From Scenedesmus sp. PABB004 (taxonomy: Eukaryota): a DNA stretch of 64,000 nucleotides. The stretch is from positions 1,612,001 through 1,676,000 of the forward strand of contig JABVCE010000004.1 of the NCBI GenBank assembly GCA_014905635.1, in the 5' to 3' direction. Positions 24,080-38,672 of the stretch are shown piece after piece. Below the pieces are notes generated by a model. The model was given only the letters and a program-made list of their open reading frames with translations. It searched no databases and was not told the origin of the DNA. The translations under genes and the position numbers were made by a program. The stretch's first letter is position 1, and the number at the start of each line of letters is the position of its first letter.

Positions 24080-27000
24080 TCACCGCATGCGTATGAGGCC
24101 GCGCACGTCGGCTACCGTCTGCGACAGCTGCTGCCGGAACTGGCGCGCCGCCGCGCGCAGCACCGCGCCGCCCGCGTCGCCCTCGGCCGGCCCCGCCGCG
24201 AGCTGGTCGGCGTGGCCCTGCAGCCAGCCGCCGAGCTTGGCCAGCGCGGCGGTGACCGCGGCGGCGGCGCGGGGGTCGCCGTGCGCGCCCGCCGCGGCCG
24301 CGACGCTCGCGCTGAGCGGGCCAAACGCCGACTGCTCGGCCAGCAGCAGCGGCAGCAGCGCGTCGGCGGCGAGCTCGACCAGCTCCTGCGGCGTGTCCTC
24401 CAGCAGCAGGCGGCGCAGCAGCAGCTCCTGGAAGTGGCCCACCACGCTGCGCGCGCCGGCCGACTGGCGGCCGAGGCCGGGCGCGCCGCTCGCGGCGCTC
24501 GCGAGCTGGAAGCGCGCGAGCGCGGCGAGGCCCTCGAGGCTGCAGTGCGCCGCGACCGCGTCCGCGCCGGCGACGCCCCACTCGAGCGTGGCCATGAGGC
24601 TCGCAAAGCCCTCGGCCGGCAGCTCCGCGACGGCGCGGGGGTAGACCTCGAGCATGTAGCTCAGCAGGCTGTAGTAGAGCGACGCGAGCTTGGGGAACTT
24701 GAGCAGCTCGCCGCTGATGAGCGGCAGCACGATGCCCAGCCCCACCAGCACCACGCGCGACACGACCGTGTCGCACGCGCCGTCGGCGCCGCCGCCGGGC
24801 GGCGCGCCGCCGCCGCCCGGCGGCGGGCCCACCATCGGCAGCCCCGCGGCCGCGTTGCGCGCCTCGTCCTCCTCGTCGGCGGAGAGGTCGCTCTGCGTGA
24901 TGTGCAGCAGCAGCTGCAGCACCGCGCGCAGGTCGCGGCACTGCTCCGCCGCGCGGTCGGCCTGCAGCAGCTTCGCGGTCTGCAGCGACACCTGCGCGCG
25001 CCGCGGCGGCAGCGGCGGCGGGTGCGCCGGCGGCGGGTCGGCAGCTGTGCGGGGCCGTGCGCCGCGCCGCCACCGCCGCCCCCCCCCCCCCCCGCCCCCC
25101 CCCCCCCCCACACACACACACGCACACCGACCTGCCAGAGGTTGGAGTCGCGGTACTGCACCAGCAGCTGCAGCGTCCAGCGCAGCAGCGCCTCGCGCGC
25201 GGCGGGGGCCTCCAGGAAGATGCCCAGGTTCTCGACCACGTCGTCCGCCAGCTTCAGCAGCAGCGCGACGACGGGCGCGCACGCGCGGAACGCGGTGTGC
25301 AGCGCGAGCAGCGGCTCCAGCAGGCGGCCAAAGAGGGCGTGCAGCGCGGGGAACGCGCCGAGCGTCATGCCCGCCGCCGCGCCGCGCAGCACCTCGAGCA
25401 TGCAGCACACCTGCGGCGACGCGTGGCGTGGTCGGGCCGTTGACGCCCGCGCCCGCGGCGCAGCGCGCCCCCGCTGCCCCCCTGCCACCTCTGCCGCTCG
25501 CCGCCGGCGCGCCGCCGCCCGCGGCGCGCGCGCACCTGCAGCTGCGCGTCGGCGCGCTGCGCCGCGGCGGCGAGCTGCTGTGGGTTGCCAGCGAGCGACG
25601 CGACCTCGTTCACGGTCGCGCTCAGCAGGTGGCCCACGTACTGCTGCGCCGCGGCATCGTCGTCCAGCCCCGCCGCCGCGACGCACATGCTCCGGCTGAG
25701 CGCGCGCTGGAACTTTTGCGAGAGGTGCACCGTGAGCGCGGGGTCGCGCGCCGCAAACGCGTTGGCGAGCGTCTGCCAGCTCGGCAGCGACATCACGCGC
25801 CGCGCGAGCGACCGCCGGTGCACCAGCGCCGGCAGCAGCGTGTGGCACACCTGCGCGGTGGGCGCGGCGGGCGCGGCGGGCGCGGCGAGACGGGTTGAGG
25901 TGCCCCGCGGCGCCGCGGCGGCGGCGGCGCGCGGCGCGGCGCCCCCCGGGCGCGCCGCGGCGCGCCTGGCGGTGCAGCTCCGCCTCGCCCGGGAAGGCGG
26001 CGAGGCACTGCTGCGCGACGCGGACGAGCATGTCGAGCGCGGACAGCCCCGCGTCGCCGCCAAACGCGGCCTCCAGCGCCGGCGGCAGCGGCTCCTCCTC
26101 GGGAAACAGGTAGGTGTCCGCCCAGCGCGCGGCGCCGCCGGCCGCGCCCTCCATGAGCCGCGCGCTCACGACCGGCGCAGCGGCGGGCTGCAGGCACAGC
26201 GCGGCGAGCTCGAGCAGCGCCCGCGACAGCGCCTCGACCGCCGCCGCGCCGGCGGCGCCGCCGCCGGCGCCGCCGCTCGCCTCGTCGCCGACGGCGAGCA
26301 GCACCGCGACTGGCAGCAGCGCGACCTCGCCCACGCCCGTGTCGGCCAGCGAGTGCGCGGCCATGCGGGCGAGCCAGTACAGCTGCTCCAGAAGCTCGCT
26401 CGGGTCGGCGCCCGCGCCCGCCGCCGCGGCGAGGGCGTGCTGCTTGGCGGACAGCAGCTCGGCGAGGCGCGCGAACGACGCCGCCGGCGCCGCGCGCAGG
26501 AGCACCGCGACGCGCGCCATCCACTCCTCCTGGTGCACCGCGCCCGCGCCGGCGTCGGCGTCGTCGTCCGCGTCCTGCGGCGCGCGCGGCGCGCAGCGTG
26601 AGCCTCGCCGCCGCCGCCGCCGCCGCCACCGCCGCCGCGCGTGGCCGTGGCGCCGCTGCTGCCCGCGCCGCGCGGCGCGTGCCCCGCGGCTCACCTCGTG
26701 CGCGCCCGCGGCGGCGTCCGCGAGCGCCGCGTCCACGACCGCGGCCGCGGTGCGCGTTGCGCACTCGACCGCGGCCGCCGGCGGCGGCACCGCCGCCATC
26801 GCGTAGCCGCACTGCGGCGTGAGCAGCCCGCTCCAGCACTCCAGCAGCATCTCGGCCGCGTCCGGCAGCCACGGCTCGGGGCTGCTCGCCGCCGACACGC
26901 CGCCCGCGGCGAGCAGCGCGGTCGTGAGGTCTTCGAGCGCGGCAAACACGCTCGCGCCCGGCGCGCCGCCGCCGCCGCCGCCGTGCTGCTGCTGCAGCGC

Positions 27001-28664
27001 GGCGCTGGCGGCCTCCAGCACTGACACCTTGTGCCCCGCGCACAGCGCCGCGAGCGCGCGGCAGCCGTCGGTGAGCTGCCCCTCGTCGCCGGACAGCGCG
27101 GCCTGCACCGCGGCGCGCGCGGGCAGGCACCACGGCAGCACCAGGCGCAGCATCTGTGCGACGTGCGCGACCGTGGCCGCCGGCGGCGGCGGCGGCGCGC
27201 CCGCGCCCCCGTCGCCGCCGCCGGCGCCGCCGCCGGGCTGCAGCTGGTGCTTGGGGAAGACGTCGCCGGCGAGGCAGCAGAACGCGACGACCAGCTGCCG
27301 CGCGGCGCCCGCGAGCGGCGTGGCGCCGGCGCCGCCGCCGAGGGCGGGCATGAGGCGGACGAGCCAGTCGGTCGTGGCGGGCGCGAGCAGCAGGTCGCCC
27401 CAGTGCGCGCCGGGCTTGACCTGCGTGGTGTCGGGCAGGCCCTTGCGCCCGCCGACCTGCGTGCAGGTACGCGGCGGCGCGGCGTGAGCGGTGGTGTCTG
27501 GTGCGGCGCGGCGCGGCGTGCGGCGGCGCGGCGCGCCGCACCGCGAGCGAGGCCGCAGAGGCGGGCGCAAAGGCGCTGCTGGTGCCGGCGCGGAAGTCCC
27601 AGGCCAGCACCGCGGCCATCAGCTTCATGGCCGCCGCCGCGCCCGCGCCCGCCGCCGCCGCGTCGTCAGAGCCCGGCGGCGCCGCCGCGAGCTCCGCCGC
27701 CGCGCGCCGCGCCGCCGCCAGGGCGTGCTCAAAGATCTGGCGCAGGAAGCCATCCTGCGCGGCGGCGGGGCGGCGCGGCGGCGCGGGGGCGCGGCGGTGG
27801 GGCGGGCGCGCGGGCGCTGCGCGGCGGCCGGGGCCTCCTCCCGCACCGCACCGGCGCCGCGCCGGGGCCGCGCAGCAGCACGCACCTCGAGCTGGTTGCG
27901 GCAGGTCTCGTGGAACTCCCACGACAGCCCCAGCGCCGACGCGGTGACGAGGCTGAACTCGCTGACCACGGCCTCGAGCACCTGCAGCGCCGCGACCGCC
28001 GCCGCGGCGCCGCCGACCGCGTGCGCCGACGCGTCGAGCTCCTGGAAGAACGCCGCGCGCGCGGCGGGGTCGGCGTCGACCCACCCGCGCTTGAGCAGCA
28101 CCGCGAGCGTGCCCTGCAGGATCGCGCGCACGACGCCCAGCGCCGGCTCGCCCGCGTGGCCCAGCACGTAGCGCAGCACGTAGCTGCGCAGCGCGGCGCG
28201 CTCGGCCTCGCTGTGCGACGCCCACTCGCGCAGCGCCGCCTCGCGCAGCGTGCACGCGGCGTGGAAGCGCGCCTCGGCGCTGCCGGACGTCTCGAGGATG
28301 TGCCGGCACGCCGGCAGCGTGCCCGGGCTGCGCCGGAACTGCAGCAGCACCGCCTCAGCCTGCGCCTGGGTGGCCGGGTTCTGCAGCGGCGGCGGCCGGC
28401 GGCGGCGGCGCGGCGGCCGTGGGGTCGACAGCGGCGGCGGCGCTCGGCGCTCGCGCCGGCGCGCCGCGGCGGCTGGCCATCGAAAGGCGGCGCCGCTGCT
28501 CGTGCAGCTTATACAGCAGCCTGGCACCGCGCTGCGCCGGTCTGGCGGGCCCCTGCGCGTCCCTGGCGGGCGCTGGCGGGCGTTGATGCCATCGCCGGGC
28601 GCACCTGGAACTGCGCGCAGGCCGCCTCCACGGCCAGCCGCGCGTCGTCCACGCTGCTGGCCAT
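24080..28664 (-). CDS. XPO4: Exportin-4-like karyopherin (multi-exon)
   Basis: N-terminus VEAACAQFQ-NPATQAQAEAVLLQFRRSP...ACRHILE...ARFHAA..LREAALREW...LAVLLKRGW; SEFS...SALGLSWEFHETC; RWADTYL; C-terminal ELLKFPKLASLYYSLLSYMLEVYP...F...VRGLIRMR. Confidence 0.85.
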
Positions 28665-29098
28665 GGCGTCGTCGCTGGCGCGTCAGGGGCGCATGCCGAC
28701 CCGCGCCCGCGCGACTCGGCCGCCGGGCGGCGCCAGCAGAGGGCGCTGCGCCAGGCGCGGCAGCGCGCCGGGGAGGGAGGGCGCGGGACGTGGCGCTGGA
28801 GCCGCAGCGGCGGCGGCTCGCGCCGTCGGCACGACCGCTGCGCAGCGCCGCCGGCGCTGCGCCGCGCGCGCGGGTTTCTGCTGAGGCCGCCACGCCGCAC
28901 CGAGCTCTCCCGCTCTCCAACCAGGCCGCCCGACCAGCGCCCCGCACAACCGCCGCGAGCGCGCGCCGGCCCAGGCGGCGCCGCGCGCCTGCTGCGCAGC
29001 GCGCCCACGCCGGGCGCCGCGCGCCGCGCCGCACCCCCTGGCCGGCCCGCCCCCGGCGCCCCCTGCGCCTGTGCCGTCCAACGAGGCGCCGCGCAGGC

Positions 29099-29689
29099 AT
29101 GAGCGCCGCCGCCGCCGCCGAGCAGCTGCTCGCGCGCGCGTGGGCCGCGGCCCCGCACGACGCGCTCGACGCCCTCGACGCCGCGCTCGCGCTGCGCCCG
29201 GGCTGGCCGCCCGCGCTGTGGGCGCGCGCGGAGGCGCACGCCGCCGCGGGCACGCACGGCGCCGCGTTCGCCGACCTGCGCGCGCTCGAGGCGGCCGCGC
29301 CCGCCTGGCCGGGCCTGCTGCCGGCGCTGGGCGCGGCCGCCGCGGCGTGCGCTGCGGAGGAGCGCCGCCGCGCCGCCGCGCCGCGCGCGGTGCCGCCGCC
29401 GCTGCGGCGCTTCGCGCGCGCCCCGGGCCCCGGCCGCGCAGGCACCGGCGCCAGCGGGGGCGCCCCCGCAGCGGGGCCCGAGCTCGAGGCCGCGGCCGAC
29501 TTCGCCGCGCTCGGCCTGGCGCCCGGCGCGACGCGCGACGACGTGCGGCGCCGGTTCAAGGCGCTCGCCGTGGCGCTGCACCCGGACAAGCAGCGCCCCA
29601 CCGCGACGCCCGCCGAGCGCGCGGCGGCGGAGGAGCGGTTCAAGCTTGTGTCCGCCGCGCACGCGGCGCTCGTCGCGCGGCCCTGGTAA
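29099..29689 (+). CDS. Small TPR-like + J-domain (DnaJ) protein
   Basis: ALDAALALRPGWPPALWARAEAH...AFADL (TPR-like), then DFAALGLAPGATRDDVRRRFKALAVALHPDK...AEERFKLVSAAH (J domain with HPD). An upstream exon is possible because the ATG follows a CGCAG. Confidence 0.75.
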   Translation: MSAAAAAEQLLARAWAAAPHDALDALDAALALRPGWPPALWARAEAHAAAGTHGAAFADLRALEAAAPAWPGLLPALGAAAAACAAEERRRAAAPRAVPPPLRRFARAPGPGRAGTGASGGAPAAGPELEAAADFAALGLAPGATRDDVRRRFKALAVALHPDKQRPTATPAERAAAEERFKLVSAAHAALVARPW

Positions 29690-29812
29690 CACGGCTGGCA
29701 GTGGCCGCCGGCCAGTGCGCGAGCCCCGCAGCGCGCCAACCGCGGCAACCGCTTCGCGCGCCGCGCGCAGGCAGCAGCAGCGCGCAGGCACAGCGCCGAG
29801 CCTGGGCGTGGC

Positions 29813-30634
29813 ATGGAGCCGCAGCGGCGTGCCGGGATCAAGGCGCTCGGCCATGACGCGCGGGAGAAGGTGCGGCGCGGGCGGCTCGGGCAGCGGCGTA
29901 CGCGCCGCGCCGCGGCGCCCACCCGCCGCCCCTGCGCCCCCGCAGCTGCGCAGCGACTGCCGGAGCATCGCGCAGCAGCACCGCCAGGCGCTCATGCGCC
30001 AGGCGCGCGCCGGGACGTCGTCCCCCGGCGAGCTGCGGGTGCGCGCTGCCGCGCTGCTGCGCCGCCACGAGCGCCCGCCGCGCGCGCGTCCCCAGCCGCC
30101 TAGCCGCCCCGGGGCGCGCCCCACGCGCAGGCCAAGCTCCGGGACGGCAGCCTGGCGGCGATCCGGAGCACGCTCGCGGCGCAGCCGCTGGGCGGCGGCG
30201 GCGCCCGCGGCCTGAGCGGCGCAGACGTCGACGCGCTGCTGGCAGACATCGAGGAGGCGGTGCTGCGGGACATCACCGAGGAGCTGGCCGCGCTCGAGGC
30301 GGCGGAGGCCGCCGCGGCGGCACAGATGGCGGACGAGCGCGCCGCGTTTGTCGCGGCCGGCGGCGCCGACGCGGTGCTCTGCCCCGTCTGCAAGGCCGCG
30401 CACCTCGCGCAGCTCCACGGCTGGCTGGTGTGCCCCGCGGAGGGCTGGCAGCTCAACCTGGCGGCGGAGAGCCTGCAGCTCGCCGACGTGCGGCGCAGGC
30501 TGGCGGCGGCGTACGAGGAGCACGCCGGCACCGGCTGCCCGGCGCAGCTGGCCTTCCACCTAGAAGACCTCTTCGGCAGCCCCTCGCTCACCTGTAGCTG
30601 CGAGCGCTGCCAGGCGCTCGCCGTGGTGCTGTGA
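29813..30634 (+). CDS. RPAIN: RPA-interacting protein (RIP/RPAIN) homologue (3 exons)
   Basis: REK-LRSDC..AQQHRQALM..R, acidic middle, C-terminal zinc-binding region VLCPVCK...LVCP...LAAAYEEH...C...L.F...LTCSCERC. Confidence 0.75.
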
Positions 30635-30994
30635 GCGGGCGCCGCCGTGGGCGGCGCTCGCCCCAGATCCACCCCCGGCCCCTGGCCCCGGCCCGCCGCA
30701 GCGCCACGCCGCACGGTGGCGCTCGGGCGTTCGCTCGCGCCCTCCGCTCCCACCTTCCCCTGGCCACGCCTGCAACTCCGCTCCCACCCTCCCCAAGCCA
30801 CGCCTGCAACAACCAGGGCCGCCAGCAGGTGGGGCAGGGCTGTCGCCGTCGCGCGGCGGCCGCCGCAGGTCGTCGGCGCTCGACCCTCGCGCTGCCCCGG
30901 CCGCTGCGCAGGTCCCCCGCGGCTCGCTCTGTCAGCTGGCTGCTGCTCGCGGCGCGGCCCCACGACGCAAGCGCGCAGCGGCCTGGCTGCGAGC

Positions 30995-30999
30995 TGTAA
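30995..30999 (+). promoter_or_regulatory. TGTAA chlorophyte-type polyadenylation signal (RPAIN)
   Basis: TGTAA about 360 nt after the RPAIN stop; the motif is rare in this GC-rich DNA. Confidence 0.55.
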
Positions 31000-31047
31000 C
31001 TGGCGGCCGTGAGCTCCGAGCTCCGAGCGATGCAAGGCGAGGGCCGG

Positions 31048-31052
31048 TTACA
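31048..31052 (-). promoter_or_regulatory. TGTAA polyadenylation signal (RPS20)
   Basis: TTACA on + strand about 155 nt past the RPS20 stop, convergent with the RPAIN signal. Confidence 0.55.
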
Positions 31053-31207
31053 GCTCGAGCACCGCGGCCGCGCCAGCCGTTGCCGGCAGCCGCCGCGCCG
31101 CGGGCCCCCAGGGCGTGCCGGCCGCGCGCGCGCCGCCGCGCGTGCGGCGCGCAGCGCCGGCCGCGCCTGGTGCGCCACCACTGGCGCGGGACGCATCGGC
31201 CGGGTGC

Positions 31208-31989
31208 TTACACGTCGGCGATGGTCACCTCAACCTCCACCCCGGGCTCGATGCTGCGCGGCGGCGGCGCGGCAGTGGCGGCGGCGCGTCGGCGTGAGCG
31301 CGGGCGGCGCCTGCAGGCTGCCGGCGGCCCACCCGGCGGCCCACCCGGCAGCTGCTGCAGCCGCCTGCCGCAGCCGCCTGCCACCGCCTGCCGCCGCACC
31401 TGATGGAGGTGATCTGCTTCACCACGTCCGCAGGGGAGTGCAGGTCGATGAGGCGCTTGTGGATCCTGCGCGGCGCGCGGGCGCGGGCGCGGGCGGGCCT
31501 GCTCAGCGGCCAGCCCACCGCTGCCCAACCCGCGGCGACCCCGGCGCTGCTGCCGCCGCCGCCGCCGCCGCGGGCGGGCCGGGCGGCCGGGCGGGCGCGC
31601 GTCACCTCATCTCGAAGCGGTCCCAGGTGTTGGTACCCTCGCCGTTGGGCGACTTGCGGGTCGTGATGCGCAGCACCTTGGTGGGCAGGCGCACCGGGCC
31701 CTTCACCTTGAGCTGCTTGTCCTTGGCGCCCTTCACCAGGTCAGCCGACACTGCGGCAGGCGCACGCGAGAGAGAGAGCAAGAGCGGCGTCGGCCGCCGC
31801 CCGCCGGCCGCGGCGGCTGCTGCCCCGCGCAGCGGCGCCGCTGCCGCCGCTGCCGCCGCCCATGCGCTCGCGCGCGCGCTCACCCTTCTCCAGGGCCTTG
31901 ACGTTCCTGGAGGTGAGGGTGATCCGGATGCGGTGCACCTGGGGCAGGTCCTCCTCCAGACCGGGCTTGCCGGCGGGCTTGGTGGCCAT
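31208..31989 (-). CDS. RPS20: 40S ribosomal protein S20 (uS10)
   Basis: [103 protein letters not shown]. Confidence 0.97.
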
Positions 31990-32417
31990 CTGCGAGCGCC
32001 GGCCCCCCGCGGCTCAGCACGCGCGCCGCTCGCCCCGCCGCCGCGCCACGGCCCGGCTCGGCCTTCGCGCCAGGCCCCCGGCGGTCGCGGCGCCTGCGAT
32101 CGTGAGCCGGCGCAGCGCGGCACGCGGCGGCGCGCGCGCACCTCGTCAGGTCCCCGAGTCAGCACTTCTGAGCAGCAGAAGTCTGTCACTGAGGGAACTG
32201 GCTCTGAGCGGAGAGGCCGGGCGCGGGCGGCGCGCGGGGCCTTGGCAGCAGCGCGATGGCCGGCCAGAGATGAACCCCGCGGGCTCTACTCAGCCAGCTC
32301 ACCGTACGCTGTGGCCCCGCCCCCGCCAGAACACACGCCGCAGCGGCGCCAGCAGACGCCACCACCAGCAGCGCCCCCGCAGCGCGGCAGCGGCGGCAGC
32401 GCCTCCCGCCGATCGCG

Positions 32418-33054
32418 ATGCAGGCGGCGGCGCGCCTGCTGGCCCGGCAGCGCACCTACGCTAGGCCTGCGGCGCTGAACGCCTGCGCAGCGCGCCTGGC
32501 GCCGGCGGCGCGCCGCGGCGGCTGCGTGGCCGCGCGGGCCTCTGCGCCGGCGCCGGGCGGCGAGCCCGACGACGACCAGCCCGTGCCGCCGGGCTGCTCG
32601 CGCTACGTGGTGGAGCTCAAGAAGCCGCTGGGCATCGTGCTGGAGCAGGACAAGGCGACCGGCGTGATCACGGTCGCGGACGTCGCGCCCGACGGCTCCG
32701 CCGCGCGCACGGGCCTCGTCGCGATCGGCGACCAGCTCATCGCGACGTCGGGCATCACCTACGGCAGTGAGGAGGACTACGGCGGCGTGACAGTGAAGAA
32801 GGGCCAGCGCGTCGTGCGCGTGAGCACGCGCGGCGCGTCGTTCAAGACCGTGTCCGCCGCCATCGGCAGCCACCCGGGGCACATGGAGGTGCGGCGCGGC
32901 GTGGCGCGCGGCGCGGCGCGGCGCGGCGTGGCGCCGACCCGCGTGCGCGCGGCGGGCCGCCACGCCGCCGCCGGCCGGCTCGCCCTGCCCGCACGCGCAG
33001 GTGAAGCTCGAGTTCCAACGCTGCGGCGCCGCGCCGGTCACCGCGAGCTCGTGA
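32418..33054 (+). CDS. Plastid-targeted PDZ-like domain protein (2 exons)
   Basis: Transit-like N-terminus, then YVVELKKPLGIVLEQ...ITVADVAPDGSAARTGLVAIGDQLIATS...FKTVSAAIGSH..ME-VKLEFQRC. Confidence 0.75.
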
Positions 33055-33800
33055 GCGCGGCCCAGCGGCCAGGGGGTGGGCGGCACTGCACATCCGTTTA
33101 GACATGCAAGCACACTCAAACTCAACGTGAGGGCAGCGAGAAAGAAGGCGTTTGCGCGCGGCCGCCGCGGCTGCCGCCCAAACGCGGATGCCGCGAGGCA
33201 CCGGAGCGCACGGCGAGCGCGTGGAGGGGTGCACGTGAGCGGCGTGGTGGGACTCAGCCCCGCGCATGCGGTGTGCTGAGCATGTGCTGCCTGGCTGCAG
33301 GGACGCGCGCCGATGGCGTGCTGAGCATGTGTGCTGCCTGGCCGCCAGGACGCGCGCCGGTGCTGTGCGGGGCGGGCGCGGCGTTTTGGCGCGTAACAAC
33401 GGGCCGCTCTGCCTGCCGGGCGCCTGGACGCGCGCTGGCAGGTGCTCGGCAGCGCGCGGCGCGGTGCGGCGCGATCATTTCAAAAGCCAGCCCGCGTCGG
33501 CGCCCTGCCGCCGCCGGCGGCCGCCCGGCCCGGCGCGTCGGCGGACGGACGCGCCTGAGCGCGCGCGCACCCAGCCCAGCCGCCGCTCAATGCACACGCG
33601 CCCCAGCCACACACAGCCGGCCGGCCGGCGTGCCTGTACACACTGCATCCTGCGCCGCGTGCTGCCCGCGCTGCGCCTGCTGTTGCCTGCCTGCTCTGAG
33701 CGGGGCTGCTGCAGCTGCACCCCACGGGCCCCCAATCGCTGGCCTCTCTCCCTGCCCAGACAGCACGCCCTCCGCCGCCAGCACGCCGCTGCGCGCGCCG

Positions 33801-36340
<2,540 letters not shown>

Positions 36341-36493
36341 TCACAGCGTCGCCGAGGCGGCGCCGAAAGGGCGCCGCGCGCCCGGCTATGTCACAGCGTC
36401 AACGACCAGCCACGCCCCGCCGCACGCCAGCGGCGGCGGCGGCGGCCGCCGCAGCAGCAGCAGCGAGCGAGCCCCGGCGGAGCCACTGCGCCC

Positions 36494-38461
36494 TCACACG
36501 CCAGTCACGGGCGTGGCCGCCTGCTGCGACTCCGCGCCCGCCGGGGTCATGAGAGCCAGCAGGGCGCCGGCAGGCGCCGGCGGCGCCGCGCCGAGCGCGG
36601 CGCCCTCCCCGGGCTCGAGCTTGACGCACACGCCGCCCTGCTGCCCGGCGAGCCCGCCGGCTGCGGGCGTGCACGCGGCCGGGTCGTCCGTGGGCGCGGC
36701 CGCCAGCGCCGCCGCGTCGGGCATGGCGGCGAGCGCGGCGCTCAGGCTCGTGGCCAGCTGGGGCACCCAGCTGTGCTGCAGCCCCGCCGCCTCCTCGCTG
36801 GCGCCGCCAGCGACGGCGCGCGCGACGCTGGCCGCGCTGCGCAGCGCGCTGCCGCCCGCCGCCGCCGTGGTCGCCGTGGCCGCTGCCGCGGGGGCCGCCT
36901 GCAGCTGGCGCGGCCACGGCGACGTGGGCGAGCACAGGCTAAAGAGCACGGGCGTCCCAGGCGTGCCGCCGACCAGCCGGCGCGCCGCGCCGTGCAGCGG
37001 GCTGCTGAAGAACTTGCTGGGCGTGGCAAACGCCGGCGCGAGCGCCGCGCCGCCGCCGCCGCAGCTGCCCGGCGCCGGGGCGTCGGGCAGCGGGCTGCCA
37101 GCGAAGAAGAACTTGCTGGGCGTGGCCAGCGCGCCCGGGCGCGGCTCGCCGGCCGCCGCGTGCGCCAGCACCGCGCCGACGCCGGCGCCGCCGCCGCGCG
37201 CGCCGCTCCCGGCCGGGGCGCTGGCGCCAAACACGACCGGCGACGTGAGCGACGCCTGCAGGTCGGTCGCCGGCGGCGGCGCCGCGCCCGCGCCGTCGTC
37301 GCAGAGGCTGAGGCGCAGGCGCTTCTGCGCGCTGCCAAAGACCTTGCTCGCGTCCAGCTCGAGGTGCACCGGCGGCTCCAGCTCCTCCACGGGGACGCAG
37401 GGCAGGGTGAGGCCGAGGCACGGGTCGGGCGACTCCAGCCCGCCGAGCTGCAGCGGCAGCAGCGGCAGCCCGCCGGCGGGAGACTCGAGCGGCAGCGCGC
37501 CCGGCGCGCCGCCGCCGGCGTGCCGCTGCGGCTGCGGCACGCGCGGCAGGCAGCGCTGCCGGTGGTGCTGCTGGCCCTGCTGCAGGCGCTGGTGGGCGGC
37601 CGCCGCGCGGTAGACGCCGCCGGCCGCCTGGTCCGCCAGCGGCCGCGCGCGCTTCGCGTGCACCTGGCGCTCCACCAGGCGCTTGATGGCGTCCGGCTCG
37701 AGGCTGCACCCCGGCGGCTTGCCGCCGCCGCCGAGCAGGGCGCCGCCGGCCGCCGCCCCTGCCGGCTCGCGCGGCGGCGGCCGCGCCGCGCTGCGCGGGC
37801 CCTGCAGCACTTGCTGCATCAGCGGCGTCCGCGCGGTCTGCTGAAGCAGCAGCGGCGTCGTCGCGGCTCCGCCGTCGCCAGGCACGAGGTGGGGGAGCGC
37901 AAAGCCCGGCTGCGGCGTCGCCGTCGCCGTGGCCTGCTCCTGCGCGCCCGCTGCCGGCCGCGGCGCCGGGGGCGCCGCCGCCGCCTGCGCCTGGCCCGTG
38001 GTGGGCGTCTGCAGCGCCCCCGCGACCGCGGGCGGCGTGGGCACGAGCGGCGTGGCGACCGCCACGCTGCCGAGCGCCGCGTCGGGCTGCTGCGCCGCTG
38101 CGGCACGGCCGCTGCCGCCGTGCGGTTGGAGCACGGCGTGCTGCGCGGCGCACGCGGGCGCGCCCTCTGCCGCCAGCGCCGCCAGTGCCGGGGGCAGCAG
38201 CAGCGCCCAGCAGGTTTGCTGGCCGTCCAGCGCCGGGCGCTGCGCGGCCGTCAGCTCCAGCGCGGGCTGGAGGAGCTGCAGCGCACGCGCCCGCTGCGGC
38301 CGGCGGCGGCGGCGGCAGCGGCTGGGCGTCAGCCCCGCAGGCACGCGGGTTCGATGTTTCCCTCGAGCGCCCGCACGCTGGGCGCACCCCACCTCAAGCT
38401 CCGCGGCCTCCTGCGCCAGCAGGGACTCGTGTCGATGCAGCACATCAGCCGCCCAATCCAT
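36494..38461 (-). CDS. Hypothetical low-complexity protein, SP/TP-rich
   Basis: Long open frame with coding-like codon usage (MDWAADVLHRHESLLAQEAAELE, probable intron, ...CSLEPDAIKRLVERQVHAKRARP...ATPSKFF twice). No family recognised. Confidence 0.45.
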   Translation of the reverse strand: MDWAADVLHRHESLLAQEAAELEVGCAQRAGARGKHRTRVPAGLTPSRCRRRRRPQRARALQLLQPALELTAAQRPALDGQQTCWALLLPPALAALAAEGAPACAAQHAVLQPHGGSGRAAAAQQPDAALGSVAVATPLVPTPPAVAGALQTPTTGQAQAAAAPPAPRPAAGAQEQATATATPQPGFALPHLVPGDGGAATTPLLLQQTARTPLMQQVLQGPRSAARPPPREPAGAAAGGALLGGGGKPPGCSLEPDAIKRLVERQVHAKRARPLADQAAGGVYRAAAAHQRLQQGQQHHRQRCLPRVPQPQRHAGGGAPGALPLESPAGGLPLLPLQLGGLESPDPCLGLTLPCVPVEELEPPVHLELDASKVFGSAQKRLRLSLCDDGAGAAPPPATDLQASLTSPVVFGASAPAGSGARGGGAGVGAVLAHAAAGEPRPGALATPSKFFFAGSPLPDAPAPGSCGGGGAALAPAFATPSKFFSSPLHGAARRLVGGTPGTPVLFSLCSPTSPWPRQLQAAPAAAATATTAAAGGSALRSAASVARAVAGGASEEAAGLQHSWVPQLATSLSAALAAMPDAAALAAAPTDDPAACTPAAGGLAGQQGGVCVKLEPGEGAALGAAPPAPAGALLALMTPAGAESQQAATPVTGV

Positions 38462-38672
38462 CGCGCCAGCGCACCGCGCCGCGCCGCCCGCGTCCCAGAC
38501 CTGCCTCACACGCTGAGACACACGCCCCGCATGCGACAGGCACGCCTGGAGGGCGCAGCGGGCCGCGCTGCAGCGCGGGGCAGCACAGCGCGCCCCGCTG
38601 CCGTGAAACACGGGCTGCCGTTTTTCTCGCGCTGATGCCGCGCACCGACGGTGTGGCGGCCGGCGGCGCGGC

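Noticed and set aside
33272..33362. Imperfect ~45-bp tandem repeat (gtgctgagcatgtg...gacgcgcgcc twice) next to direct-repeat copy 1
   Set aside because: Only two degenerate units in a 3' intergenic region, with no evidence of function.
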